A stretch of DNA of 64,000 nt, from assembly GCA_013265495.1 (NCBI GenBank), contig MU058221.1, positions 806,001 to 870,000 on the forward strand, given 5' to 3'. A program made the translations under genes and the position numbers. Below are positions 48,278-62,119 of the stretch, one piece after another; the first letter of the stretch is position 1; the number at the start of each line of letters is the position of its first letter. A model generated the notes under the pieces. That model did no database searches. It worked only from the letters and a program-made list of their open reading frames with translations, and had not been told where the DNA came from. The stretch comes from Vicugna vicugna (Eukaryota).

Positions 48278-51079
48278 AAAATGCACAATAAATGTTATCA
48301 TGGTTCATAATAAAACATCGCACTGTGCTTCCAAATTTCGTATTACATGGTTATGATGGGTGACCCACGTATTTGTAGTCCTTAGCACTGCATGTTAAAA
48401 GAAAAACAAAAGTAGAGGGCAAGGGAGAAAAATAACAAAACTGAAAAGTATAGGGAAGGAGGAAAAAAAAATAAAGAAAAATGTGCTCCTAAGAATGTAG
48501 CACATAGTCCTGAACTGACGTGGACTCCAGCCTCGTCCCTCAGGACAGCAGTGAGATGGAAACCAGCAAAGCCAGGTGTATCGCTGTCCTCTCACTGGAT
48601 GGGAGCGGGGTGGTAATTTCCTGGAAGTCCTCTACGGAATCAGGGCCAGGCACGAATTCTGCGTCCTGTCATCCTGAAGTGGCTTACTGAGCTTTGAATC
48701 CAACCCGGAATTCCATTCTGACTCGGAATTGTGACATAAACAGTAAACGACTAATAAAAGTCCTCTTCAGAACGCTGCCTTATTAACATCAGGTCCTTAA
48801 TAAAAGGAGGAGATTTTACGACAAGTAGTTGCATTCCCTTTGTGTGGACCACAGCTCTGACTGAACACAGAACACATATATAAGATTTATCTCCTCCTTT
48901 TCAAGAAGGTGTTAAGAGGAATGCTTTGGAAGTTTAACTAAACCTCTTATGTAACTCTCTGAATTCGCATATGAAAGGAAACCCTTTAAAATGGTCCGAC
49001 TAGAGAACTTGGGGTAGAATGGAAAGTTTCAATTACAAGTGGTACATATCATCCCACACGTGATCGACGAGTTTACTGCAGCTACAAATTACTAAAGATA
49101 ATGAGCTGCATGTGTTCCCGCTAAGCATACCTACATTTGAATCTCAAAAGGCAAATTTAGTTGGTAAAGGCTCTCTCATAAATCATGCATTTAGAAGCAG
49201 AGACTAACAATGGACTACAAGCAAAAAAAAGAACCTCATTTACCTCCCTGTGTTTGCATGAACATTTATTTGCATTCAGTATCAGCACACCTGCCACACC
49301 GCAGCAGGATGAGAGGTTTCTGAGCACAGGGATGTTTACCTTCTGCCCCCTTGGCACGCATCGGTTTAAAATTCCACTGAAAATTGAGTCTTCAAACTAA
49401 CCACTATATATATAGGGGATGCATTTGGAGGCAGCCAGAAAATTGATTCCATTTTAAAGGACTTAGAAATGTATAGGAAATTGTGGATCCAAGAGCAAAC
49501 AAAAAAGGAGCCGTTACTGGCAGAGGGCCAAATGTTAACGTCTAACACATCTGTACCAGGATGTATTCTAAAGGGACACTTCTAACTGTCTCACGGTTAT
49601 AGTGAACACTGGGGGCCCCTCTCTCTGGGTTTATAAGCCCGTCTGAATGCCGCTGCGCCCTCTGCCATTCCCACCATGCTCTTTCGCCCCCTCCTTTTGC
49701 TGCGTCCCCGTCTCCTGGCAGCTTGCCTCACCCTCAGGGAGCCAGCCGCCCCTAATGCAGCCTCGACCCCCGAAGGCAGACCGCAGCTTGACTAAACCCA
49801 TTGCAGGAAGTAGCTGCCCTAACAAGGGGGCGGGCGTCTAAAACGAGCCTGGAGATCGCAGAGTCATCATCATACCCAGCATCACCTCCATTATTTCTGT
49901 TATTACCATGGTTATAGTCATCTCTGTGTGGGAAAATCACTGCTTTTAGATCCAGCAGAGCAGAACAAATCCCCGATAATCTCATAATCCTACCTCTTAG
50001 CAGATAAACAAACAACATTTAGTCAAATCAGACTTTTAAATGGACATTGAGCCTTCCAGTGAGAAGGGTTTCACTTCGGGGGGTCCTGCCAAGCCTTGCA
50101 GGGCCCGAACCTCGACCTCTATTCTCAAGGTAGAAGCTGAACACTAACGAGATGGAAGGACTAATAATCTTTAAAAGAAAAGACAAATAAAAGAGTAACA
50201 TGTTCTCTTTACACAGATCGAGAGAGGCTAGAGCTGTATTTTTGACTCTTACAAACACACACACCACACAATGGCCTTTGGTAGAACAAAATTTACCAAA
50301 CGCGTGTTTACTGAATGTTGATCTTCTCAGAGACATGCTTCAGAGCCAGGGATACAAGTCTCGTCATCAACTAGTTACTTTCCAAACAGCACAAAGTTCA
50401 AGTCCGTCCCCAGAATATAATGCTTAATTACCTCCTATCAGCCTGCGTGCCAGCTCTGTGAAACACTTAGCATTTTTTAATTACATGGAAAAATTATGAG
50501 TGAGCTAAGGAGTCATTCAGTGATCAAGCAACCAGAAAAGCGCTCATGATTTCTCTCTTGACAGAGTTTTTTTCACAGAGGTGAATAATTCAAGTTTCAG
50601 CATGTGTCTAAAATAAATTGTCAAGACCTCTGCCTAAGCAAAGGGAAGGTAAATAGCGAGGTTTTCTTATTACTTACTGCTTTGCTCGAGTGGCTTCATT
50701 AACACTCGGAAGTCTCACCTATTAGTGTCTGCAGACGGAATGTGTAAGAGGGTTGGGATTCTGGACGTCTGCACCTTTATTTTCTCTACGTATTTTTTTT
50801 TAAATCTAAACAATAAATTCCTTCTTGTTGATGGATTCATTTGATCAAATACATACATATGGGAAATAAAATGCACCAAGTTGATTGATATTCCACTTTG
50901 GACGTGAAGTCAAAAATAAATACAATGAATGTTATATGTTCTGTATACACATGTTCTCTTCACAGCCAGATTTGCCAAAAGCGTTGTTCGTCCTTTCTCC
51001 CTGCTCGTTTTCACCTCCCCCTCACACATTCATTCCGACCAATCTGACTGTCTCTGCAGGACCTCTCACCAGGGACCCA

Positions 51080-52130
51080 GGTCGAACGGGCATTTGAGGT
51101 GCTCTGCTCACCTGAACTCCCAGTGGGGCTCCGCTGCGCGCTCTCTCTTCCTTGAACCGTGTTTCCCCAGCTTCCTGGACGTGTTCTCGCCTCTCTCCTT
51201 CTCTGGTCCCTCCTTCCCCCCCTTTAAAGTGTCTTTACCTTCTACTCAGCCTTTAACATTCAGGATCTTCAGGGCTTAATCCTAGGTGGCCTCCCTTTGC
51301 TTACTTTATATTCTCATCCTGGATTGTCTCAGTTCTACTCCAAACCAAATGTCTGTCTCTAGCTCTGACCACCCCTAAAAGCTGCAGGCAATTTGTTAAT
51401 GTGTCATATGACATCTCCATTGGGCGTCTCCAAGGCCAATCTCATAAAGATTAACCTACAATTCCTCTTACCTCTCACAAAACCTGCCACCTTCCAGTCC
51501 CTTATCTCAGTGAAAAGTGCCCTCATCCATGGAGCTGGATAAATGAAACACAGAAAGTCATCGGCGCTGTTTGTTTCATACTCATACATACTATCCGGTA
51601 CCCTCTCCAGTCTCAAGAACTGTACTTACTATTGTCAATTCTATGCATCAGTGTCTCTCAATCTTAATCAACATCCTTGGTCAACTCATCATCGTCCCTG
51701 CTCTGGATATTGCATTATCCACTGGACCTCTCTCTCTCCCACAGGTCTTTCCACGCTACAAGGAAAGCAACTTTAAAAAATGTACAAATATAGTCACATC
51801 ACCACCTCCCCCCCATTATTAGTAAATTCCAATTGATCATATATGATTGTCTTCATAACATAAAAGGATTTTGTCGAATCCCTTTGCAGCTCTCAGCTGA
51901 AGAGGTATTTCCACAGAGAAGCTTTCCTTTCCTCCCGAACTGGGTCAGGGCCCTGTGACACGCCCACGTAGGCTTCCACGGCACCTGTACTGGTTGGTGC
52001 CATTCTTTCATTTTTGTGTGTGTCACCTACAAGATAGTAAGCTACATGAAAGCAGGTGCCTGTCTGGATCGTTCACGATCGCAGCTGCAGCTGCTGTCAC
52101 GAGAATGTGTTCATGAGATAATGGTTAATT
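51080..52130 (+). mobile_element. L2 3' portion
   Basis: caaatgtctgtctctagctctgacc...gacatctccattgggcgtctc...ccttatctcagtgaaaagtgccctcatccat...gtaagctacatgaaagcagg. Confidence 0.8.
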
Positions 52131-52370
52131 GATAAGTTGGGAGTTTGAGACTTGTAGATACTGGCAGGCATACATAAAGTAGGTAAAAAAGTCCATACTG
52201 TAGAGCACAGGGAGATATATTCAATATCTTGTAGTAGCTCACAGTGAAAAAGAACATGAAAACGAGTATGTGTATGTTCATGTGTGACTGGAGCACTGTG
52301 CTGTGCACCAGGAGTTGACACAACATTGAAAACTGACTGTACTTCAAAAAAAAAAAAAGTAAAAAAAAAT
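52131..52370 (+). mobile_element. Short camelid L1 3' end with poly(A)
   Basis: Homologous to 24253-24495 and 11565-11790, starting at gataagttgggagtttgaga. Confidence 0.9.
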
Positions 52371-52624
52371 TGTAAGCACAAATCTCATTTTCTGCTTGAG
52401 GCAGTATCCTGCTTAGAACTGAAGAACTTGTCTAAAGGACATCTGAACAGGGCCTCTTTCATCTGAAACTGTGGCAGAAGCAAAGCTTATTAATACCCCA
52501 CTCCCTTCTCCCATTTTTATCATCCCCGTCCAACCTCGGGCTATTCCCTCATCCTTAGAAACTCACTGTCTACCATGTGTTTTGAAGAGGAAAAGGAATT
52601 GGATTCAAGAAATAAAGAAGATAT

Positions 52625-52967
<343 letters not shown>

Positions 52968-54819
52968 GAAATAAAGAAGACAGCAGATGTGTCATCAACC
53001 AGTCATGAGAAGGAGGCTGAAGTCACGGCAGGACCCACATACAGTCTTGTTCTGAGTCCTTTCTTAATTTTTGTCCTTGGGGTGCTATGAGCTCCCCTTG
53101 AATCCTCAAGCTTAAGCTTCCATTTCAAAAAAAATACAAGGTAGCTTGAAGAGCTTTTATTTAATCCTCATAATAAATCATAAGATGCATTTTAACATTT
53201 CTGTTTACAGGTGGAGAGACTTTGGTTTAATGAGTTCAATAAAAGTAAGAGTCCCAGTCAGACCTGTATGGTTTATGTTAGTTGAAAACACACCATATTT
53301 CTGGTATGCTACTGTATTTTCAAGGTGCGTGTCTCTGTGCCAGAGGCTGAAGATAGAAGGATAAGTAGGGCATGGTCCTTGGTTAATTATATTTTTAACC
53401 CACTGGGGGTCAAGGTATGAGAAAGAGCAATGAATGATATTGAGGCTGGGTTCTGTGCATATTAGAAGAAAATCTCAAGAAAAGACTGAGACTGTGGGCA
53501 CCATCAAACGTTCCTGATCAACATAAGACAAACTACCAGGAGCAGTTGAGTTCATCAGAGTCGAGGTGCCCACCAAGGCTGTGGTCAGTCATTAGATCTC
53601 ACCATCATTTACAGATGGGCGACATACATGACATTTCTAGAGAGGCACGCTCTCCACTAAGCGTGATATAAACTCAGGCCTAGAAAGAAGCCAGGTGAGA
53701 CACAGAGTCTGACCTTGAGAAAGCAAGGGGCAGGGATCAGAATATAAGAACAAACCCGATGTACGACTGTGGATATCGGGGCCATCAAATTTCTAAAGAC
53801 AGTGACCACCGCCCTTAGCAGCGCGTGCTACTTCACGAAACATTCATCTTCGCATAAAGTTGACTTGACAGTGATCTTTATGCTTCTAATTTGCAGGGAA
53901 TAGGGTGGTTTCATTTCTCAGGAGACTCATTCATTTTCAAACTGTAAATGAGAGACTGCTTCTATGGCTGCTGAGCAAAAATGGAAAATAAAAAGAGGTT
54001 TAAATTGTTTTAGAAGTTTAGAAATACGTCCATGGAGGATGAGTCAAAAATGGCAGAATTTAGATGTGATGGGATGGATTGGTGTAGTTAGCTGCCAAAG
54101 AGTGTGATCAAAACCATTCGGACCCCGAAAATGGAGCAGAGAACCTAGACTTTATTTCCGTAAACTAAACTGTCACCATCAGACTTCAGTGCTCTTGTCT
54201 TGTCAGGGGATTTACTGTTATTAAGAATTCCTCTGGCGTGCATTTACCGAGTGCTGCGTTGACGTTCTCCATCACTTGCAGCCCCTTGGTGACGTGGTCT
54301 GGCTAGTCTTCAACAATACAAAGAACAGAGGTGTCCGTGCAAATGAACTCCAGTTTCATGCCCAAAGCGCCTCATTAATGCATGATTTCGAGCCAAGGTG
54401 GATTGAATCTGTATCATGACTCATTGGCTGGGGCAGGACTGTACCACACAGTAAAGAGGTGTTAGAACACGTATGTCAGTTTCAACTTTTACTGGAGAGT
54501 CAGAGGGTGAGGTTTCCATCAAAGGGACGTGACTAACCCGCCATTTCAACCGTCAGCTACGTCTGTGGGTGTACAATCAGCTAGGGCCTGGGGTGGGCCT
54601 GTAACACTGAGGTTCACCCCTAAGCAATCAGTAATGGACATTATTCTTTGTTCTTAACAGGAAAATAAAGCTTCTAAAATGGGCCTTCTCTCCTACCTCA
54701 GAGCAACTTGATTCTGCCAGAGACCAATTATGTAACAGTATTAAAAATTCTGCAGATGTGTATTTTCTCAGTCCCATTACCGGTCTTGAGGCAGCGCTTT
54801 CTCCCCTCTTACTGACAAT

Positions 54820-55200
54820 TTCAGAACTATCCCTTCCCCTCAGACCTTCTCTGTGCACAGTCCTCGCCCCACTCTCTCGGCAGGCAGCCTGACGACCTAG
54901 AGAATTATGGCCACCAGGATCGCTTCTCCTCAGCCTGCCACCTCCTTACCTATCAATCTTTCTGCTGCCACAGCCATTCTCTCTACTCCAGTCACACAGA
55001 TGGGAGTGGCCTTCCTCTTGCTCTGAGCCATGTTTTCACTCCTATGCCTTGGGCGTCTCCTGTGAATTCTATTCTCAGACCTGACCACACTGGTCATACC
55101 TCCTTTGCACATGGTCAACCTCTCCTTTTTTGCTCCTCCCCCTGAGCTGAATCTCCCAAACCTTATAGACCTTCTTTTGGCCTCCAGGTCTCCCTGGCTA
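54820..55200 (+). mobile_element. L2 internal fragment
   Basis: ccactctctcggcaggcagcctg...cagatgggagtggccttcctcttgctctgagcc. Confidence 0.5.
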
Positions 55201-55274
55201 CTCACAAAGTCGTAATGTGCTCCAAGTTAAATGGTTATTTCAAGGAGCTTGAAAGGAATGAGATCTTACTCGCC

Positions 55275-55728
55275 GTGAAAGCTGGCAACTTAGTCTGCTG
55301 CAGTTTTATACAGACTCGCAGGAGACACAAAACACACGAGTAGAAGAAAAAGGACTTTGCTACTCATGGTACAGCAGGAAGCATGGACTCCGTGTTTGCT
55401 CTCGTTGGCCAAGCTCCCAGGTCCCACGGCAGGGATGCATATGGCCAACGGGGTACCGTGCACACCGTGGGTTTATCTTATCACTAAGGAACCAATCACA
55501 CTTAGAAAAACCCCAATACTGTAGCTGAATGCTGGCAGTCTTGTCCAAACTTGTGCAAGAAGACGACATTATTTTTGTTATTCTGGTCAGGAGCAAACCT
55601 ACCATCTGTCTTGGAAGGGTGATCTATCTCCCAAGGCTTTCTGTTGTACAAACATCCATGGAGATATAATCTGGGAATAAAGCTATTCCAAGTCATGTAG
55701 AAATAACGTGGAGAATTGATCTTCCAAG
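55275..55728 (-). mobile_element. ERVL LTR (MER74/MER73-like)
   Basis: aaaggactttgctactcatggtacagcaggaagcatg... and the terminal gtggagaattgatcttccaa. Confidence 0.7.
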
Positions 55729-56767
55729 GGTTGCCGCTCTTGACTTACATTCTTATTTATTAAAACATCTACTGAATGTTCTCTATATTGGAGTCCTTTT
55801 GGGGGTGGATAATTACAGAGATGCAGAACCCAGTACCGGATTTGAATCACTTTATTGAATTCTTTAGTAGACACAATGAACCTCACTGCACATTTCAGGA
55901 ATAATGGTGATTTTCAGAAGCCCTTAATTATAAATCACAAATCACACAGAGTCATTTCATCATAAACTGCAGAAAGGTTACAAGGCATTGAGGTCTGGTA
56001 AAAATCACCACATATATTAGTATTGATCCAACAAAAAAGAATAAATGGCAAATAATGTTTCAGCGTTAACAGAGCTTTCCTCACGCCAGAAGACATGAAT
56101 GGAAAAATACCCTGTTGCAGTTGCTGTTAGCCTCCATTTGCTTTTAAGTCAAATTACGTTATATTACGTTATATTAAATAACTGTGTGTGCTTGGTCTTT
56201 TGGGGTAAGGATGAGAGAATACATTTTGCCCAGTTTAGCCATTGTGAGTTCAGAGTTCAGAAGCAAATTCAATTCTTTCTGGAAATGAGTACAAAACAAC
56301 CGCTGGTCAAACACTAATTACTTGCTCACAAAAATAAACCTAATGATTTCTGGGGGGTGGGGGGAAGGCTTACTAAAAAGGTTCATAAGAAATATCAACC
56401 AGATTGGGGACATTTTTGGCTTAAAATGACATCAGACCCTTATGCAACTTTCTCCAGTCCTCACAAGCCAAACAAAACAAAACCAAACAACCTAAAACTT
56501 AAAAATAAACAAAAACTAAGAAGATAGGAGAATGAAAAAATAGCCACTTAAAATTTCCAAAATTTAGACTAATGAACAGCGTATAGCGAGGATCTTCGAA
56601 TATGTGTCACTAACTGTAAGAGTGAGAAAGAGATTGCGGTCTAAGAAGGAAATAAATGGTGCGCTGAATGTATGCAATGGAGTCGACCAGGATTTGCGTC
56701 CCGAAATAAAACTCACCTGAGAAAAATGCTAGAAAGGGAAGTGTCTCCAATGTCTGTCTGTCTCCAG

Positions 56768-56828
56768 ATTGAGAAGTCCAAGTCTTACGCAAAATACAAA
56801 ACGGAAGCTCTGTCCTTCGACAGCATCG
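56768..56828 (+). other. Weak candidate internal exon (61 nt)
   Basis: tgtctgtctgtctccag|ATTGAG...GCATCG|gtactg. Two frames are open, but the donor is weak. Confidence 0.25.
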
Positions 56829-56889
56829 GTACTGTTTTGAGGGCATGTGGAACAGTCACTGCCTCGTGCCTCCCGTCCCCTAACTCTTT

Positions 56890-57090
56890 TCAGCTTTTTA
56901 TTTTGAAAAATACTAGATTCGTCAGAAACTGTGAAAATGGCACAGAGCGTTCTCAGGTACCTGCCTCTAGCCTCCTTTGATGAAAACGTCTTGCGTCAGC
57001 AGGTAACGTCAAAGCAGGAGCTGGGCTGGCAGCACACTGTTAACCAAACCTTAGGCCTCACTCAGGTTTTCACCGCTTTTCTTCCCCGCC
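56890..57090 (-). mobile_element. L1MC-like 3' end
   Basis: tttttattttgaaaaatactagattc..aaaatggcacagagcgttctc...tcaggttttcacc. Confidence 0.7.
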
Positions 57091-57109
57091 CTTTCATTTT
57101 CAGAGCTAC

Positions 57110-57660
57110 GCGCAGATTTACGGCGCACAGAAGTCGGCTGGCCAGGAGGTATGCGATGGGAACGCGCTAGGAGGGCAGTGGAGGCGTCCCCTGCGGGGCA
57201 CACGGCTGTTAAGTCAGAGCCAGAGGCGTCTAGGCAGGAACGGACACAGCCTGGATGGCTGCGAAACGAAAAGCGCGCTCCGCCGTGGAAACCGAAGACG
57301 CAGTCACACAGCCAGAGGGTCAGAAGGGCCAGAGACCTGCGAGAAGCGAGCAGACGGAGGGCGCGCTCTCACACCCGCTCCCCTCCGGAGGCAGAGGGCT
57401 GCCCGTCTGCGTCCTGCTGGCCAGGTGCCACTGCCGAGTACAAAGACAAGGCGCTAGAAAGATCGGCAGGCTGGGCGCTCACAGGGAGGTGTGAGGCTGG
57501 AGGAAGAGCTGCAGGGGAAGGAAAAACGACTGAAATTGAAAGTAAATGAGCTGCGATGAAATGCGAGGTTGGGGAGCTGAGAAGGAACCTCAGAGCCAGT
57601 GGGGGAACAAATGTCTTGAAGGCAGCAGAGGAACAGACTAGTAGGGAAACAAGCAGGCGC
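57110..57660 (-). mobile_element. L2 fragment, GC/CpG-enriched
   Basis: ggaggcgtcccctgcggggcacacggctgttaagtcagagccagagg..., gtcctgctggccaggtgccactgccgag...caaggcgctagaaag. Confidence 0.5.
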
Positions 57661-58709
57661 TCTCCTTTCTCCATCATTTACAGACGTTAAGAAGGATAAC
57701 CCAGGTACTAAAACGTAGCGCCCGTTTCCCTGTGGTTTCCCTGTTAGAGAGACACGACTTCCTCAGACAAACAAACAAAACCCCACTACTCCTCTTCGCA
57801 AACGTCTTTGCTTGAGTGTTTGTGAAACGCGTATTTGCACAGACTTCACCGTCTTTCCTAACACGGAGGTGGAGCCAATTCTGGGGTCTGCGGTGGGACT
57901 TCTCTTTTGCACGACAGTCCCTTTGGGTTCTAACAGAGTGACTGCTTTCAATGACTTTATTTTTACCACGAAACTTCAGTGCCAGTCTTAATTGCTTTCA
58001 AAGCTCTTGACTAGAGACCATCTGGTCTCAAAGATTTATGCGTATCTAGTTTATAAATGCAACATCAAGCAGTCTGTGGTTGCAGCGCTGCTTGGTCTGG
58101 TTGCTGTAAATTTTAAGCTCCAAAGTCATTCTGAAGGCAAGAACTTCCCAGGTTTTTTTTTTTTTTTAAGTGAAATGAAAGGAAAGGATTCATTTTTTTC
58201 CTGGGATAAACTTTCCAGAACTCCTTCTGGGGACTGTACCTCAGTCGGTTTCCTCCGTCTCTTCTCATCTTCTCGGCTTTCCCAGTTCCCTTCTTTCCTA
58301 ACTCTCTTTTGCATTTTAGTCCAAACCTTTAAAAAAAAAAAAACTTTGAGTTTACAAGTTGTACACTCATTTAGGCTTTCCTTCTTTTGCCCCTGTCTTT
58401 TCTCTCCGTGAACCTCACCACTGAATGAGAATTCAGACTGCACACATTTCAAATCACTTGTTCGTGCTCGAGGAGTCTTTTAATGCGATTACAAAATAAA
58501 TGTAGGTATCCTCAGTGAGCGGTAACATCTGTTTGTATTTTGCTGCAGTTACCTTCAGCTTTCTCTGGAAGGAAGGGCACAACAAAATAATGGAAAAAAA
58601 AAACTGAACAAGGAAAGAAACAAAGAGCACATTATGTTCACAGCTAAACCTCTAGTCTAAGCTCTTTCCCCGTCTCCAACCCCAGTTACAACGATGATCT
58701 GCAAGTCGG

Positions 58710-58985
58710 TGAGATGGTGCCCGTCGCTGCTGACCAGTGTGCGACGCCAGAGTGAAGCGGCGTAAACTGGGAATCATGCCCACTGCTCCCAGCTCGGGGA
58801 TGGTAGCCACGTAACCACCTGCCCGAGCGCCTTGGTTTCTTTCTCTGTAAAACGGGAAAAAACACGGCGATGCCTTTGTGGAGTGTTTGTGAGAGGGAGA
58901 AAAAAATGAATTTGTTGAAGTCCTTAGAAAATTACCTCGTTAATAATCTCACACCTCGAGTAACAATCCTCATTATTATTACGGG
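58710..58985 (+). mobile_element. MIR SINE, CpG-enriched
   Basis: gagcgccttggtttcttctctgtaaaacgggaaaa...gtgtttgtgaga...tgaagtccttagaa. Confidence 0.65.
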
Positions 58986-59039
58986 TGTTTCCTGTGAAGG
59001 ACCCAGTCGTGCTTCACACTTGGCGAGCCCTGGTACGTG

Positions 59040-59930
59040 TTCTGTCTCCCTTTCGTCTTCTCTCTTTCCCTCTATAATTTTATTTTAATCTTACAGTGTT
59101 CAGAGGTCTCTGTTTCGAGGACATGGCTATTTCCATTGAATACGTATTTCTGTCCTTCAAGAGTAGATTTTATTTGCCCTCCTTTGATAACTAATAGTTC
59201 CGGGTTCATGTTTATTTCTGTTTTTTGTGCTTTTATTCTTTCTCCCCACCTTCTTTCCAGGCATCTATTCATTGATGGAGTCTTCTACTTCCTGTCTTTA
59301 TTCTTCACCAGTTTGGAAGTAACAATGTTTGATGTTTGTGTGTATATTCACAACATGAATATGTGGTACGGCGACATCTAAAGACAGACGCACCGCATTC
59401 TCTTCCCCGTAGCGTCCAACGTCTGGACGAGTTAACGCCAGCGGCTCTTCTCACACGTGGTATGTTCTTCTCGTCCTTTGCTTTACTTCCCCCTCAAATT
59501 TAGTCCCCTCCGCTAGTCCCTGCTATTAATACTGATATTTACAGTGAATTGTACGTAGGTTTCCCCACGTGACTGTCAGTTTCTTTGCTCGTAATTGTCA
59601 CTCCCTGTGTTTCCTCCTGGGTTAACCGTCCTGGGTGACTCCTCTGTGCAGCTCTTTAGAGAAAGGCTTATGAGTAAACTCTGCCTGGTTTTTCCTTTTA
59701 TTTTGGCACCTTTCACTAGTGGTACTTAATCTGGCTATCTGACTGGCTGTCATTTTTATCAACAAGTTAGAAACATGGTGTCGTTGGTTTCTGACCTTTA
59801 TGTTGAAGTTGGGAAGCCTGCCCTCAGTATCATTATTGCTTTTAGTTAATCTGCTCTTATTTCTGGTTTCTTTGGACATTTTCACTTAGTATTTGAAAAT
59901 CTGCGGTTTCGTGACAGCATGTTTCTATGT
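59040..59930 (-). mobile_element. Old L1 internal fragment
   Basis: T-rich antisense remnants, e.g. gagtaaactctgcctg, tgttgaagttgggaagcctgcc and gaaaatctgcggtttcgtgacagcatgtttc. Confidence 0.5.
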
Positions 59931-60038
59931 AAATAGTTCGTGAGAAAAAAGTATACATGGCTCTCATTTCATTAGGCAATACTGTTTAAGCCAGTAGGCT
60001 GTGAAGTTACAATTCTTAACAATCATCTAAATATAGAC

Positions 60039-60189
60039 TTTTTAAAAGAAGTACAGTCAATTTAAAACAGTGTATCAGTTTCTGCCGTACAGCATGATTG
60101 TTCAGTCATGTATATACATACATGTGTTCATTTTCATGTTCTTTTTCATTATAAGCTACTATAAGAAATTGAATATGTGCTGTACAGTG
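60039..60189 (-). mobile_element. Short camelid L1 3' end
   Basis: Reverse complement of the 3' UTR seen at 11640-11790 (gaagtacagtca...cagtcatgtatatacatac...ttctttttcattata). Confidence 0.85.
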
Positions 60190-60345
60190 TGAAAGTGTCT
60201 GTGGCATCTCTGAAGTCACTGAGTAAATAAACTCCCGGAGATTCTGACCAGAGGTCCTGGGGGTGCCCGGAGAGCTTAATTTTTCACAAGCATCCTGTGT
60301 GAATCCTGGGCCGACACCCACACACCACCATCTGAGAAAAACTAG
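60190..60345 (+). mobile_element. MER5-like hAT remnant
   Basis: gagattctgaccagaggtcctggggg...tttttcacaagcatcc...tgagaaaaact. Confidence 0.55.
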
Positions 60346-60899
60346 CAGAAGTATTGTCCTGCGTGTAAATGCTAGCACGCCTTTGTCTGCCTCACGTGGT
60401 ACGCGAAAATAACCAGGAACACGGTCTCCCCGCGGTGGCCACAGGATGACCTTTCACGTCAGACTGCTTCAGTTGGAGAACATGCCGCTGCTATTTTTCC
60501 CTCTTATCATTTTAGGTTAGAATGAAGTGATCTTGTTAAAGACAGAAAGGAGCATTTTGCTTAAATTCGTCTTGAACTGGGGCCATGTCGGATTGGGTGC
60601 CATGTTCATTAAAGTGCACCTGGCTTTCTGACCACTGCTCTGCCACTTTTTAAATCACCCTGCTTTCTCCCCTTCTCGTAGACACTTTTTTTTCCTGTGA
60701 GGATCTCTGTGGTCCTAGTATAGCTGTTTGGATCTTCTGTTTAGGCTTTTCTCATTTCATTCTCAAATCTCATGCCTTTTTCTGCTAGTCTGAGAACTGC
60801 CGCTCAGAGTCTATTTCTTAATTCAGTCCTTTCTGCACCACAACACAAAAAAGTAGTCTAAGAAAAAATCGGTGATACAGCTGTTTGCAATTACATGAC

Positions 60900-61330
60900 T
60901 ACATATAAATAATAATTATATTATTATTATATCAAATTATATAAAATGTAAATTATCTTAAATATATATTATATATTTAGATGATAATATACATTTAATA
61001 TATTTATACATACATTTTATATAAATAATATATACTTACTATATAAAAACAAATTATATAAAAATATATTACTGTAATATATACTATGATATGTAATATG
61101 TAATATATAACATATCATTAATACTGTAATAAAATATATTCATACATTAAAATATTTAATATTTATATATTATAACGTGCAAATATATATTTATAATCTA
61201 TATTGATATATAATTTATATTTATTTATAATACATTCACATACTGTAAAGTATATTATATATTAAATTATATATTATAGTGTATAAATACATAATTCTAT
61301 ATACTTAATGTAAAAATTAATGTGATTAAT
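60900..61330. repeat. AT-rich (TA)n-like low-complexity tract
   Basis: About 430 bp of degenerate ATATA/TAATA units with very few G or C. Confidence 0.9.
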
Positions 61331-61588
61331 AATTACTGAGCACTAATATAATGCCAGGCATTGTTTTAAGCAATTGACATGTACTATCTCATTTAATCCA
61401 CAAAATATTTCTGCAGTGCCCTTTAAATGATGAAGAAAATAAGGCCTGTGTAAACTAGACTTCAGTAAAGAAATAATAAGAAAAGAAGGAACTAAGGCCC
61501 CGAGACATTAGTCACTTGCTCAGGTTCACCCAGCTTACAAGTGGCAGAGCTGGGTTCTACCCAGCTCTCCGGCTCTGGAATCACTAAC
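61330..61588 (-). mobile_element. MIR SINE
   Basis: tactgagcac...tgccaggcattgttttaagc...tatctcatttaatcc...gtcacttgctcaggttcacccagct..gtggcagagctggg. Confidence 0.75.
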
Positions 61589-61765
61589 CAGTGGCTCTCA
61601 AAGACCGGCCCCTGGAAGAGCAGCGTTAACGTCCCCTGACCGTGTTGGAAATGCGCACGATTGCACCTGCTCCGGGTCTGCTGACTCAGAGCCTCCGAGG
61701 GCCCCGTGGTCTGCTGTGACGCCCCTCCAGGGAACTCCGATGCAGCTTCAATTTTCAAATCTCTG
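61589..61765 (-). mobile_element. MER5A hAT-Charlie MITE
   Basis: cagtggctctcaaag...gcagcgttaacgtcccctg...gttggaaatgc...ctgctgactcagagcctc...gcccctccaggg. Confidence 0.7.
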
Positions 61766-62119
61766 TGCTGAGCTGCACTGTTCCGGGCTTAACTTCGCAA
61801 GAGCTGGGTTTGCAGACAGAGATATGTCGGAATAAATGCGTCTAATGCTGGTTGCTTTATTATTGCTCTCAATATTTGTATTTTGTTAAAAAGCATATTT
61901 TACAATTCACTGTATCAGTTGCTCAATTAAGGGCTGAATCACCATTAAGAACTTTCAGTGTACAAAAAATTAAGTTCTATGAGGGGGCAATGAATAAGAC
62001 ATTGTCATTTCCCTTAAAGAGCTTTTAATATAATTAGGAAAATAAAAAGATTAAAAAAATGAAGATGTAAAGAAAGATATAAAGACATAAAAAATGCCCT
62101 ACGCAGTTTCGTGATTTAG

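Noticed and set aside
54103..54320. Possible short LTR (tgtg...aaaatggag...tcttcaaca)
   Set aside because: No TSD, TATA box or poly(A) signal found; resemblance too weak.
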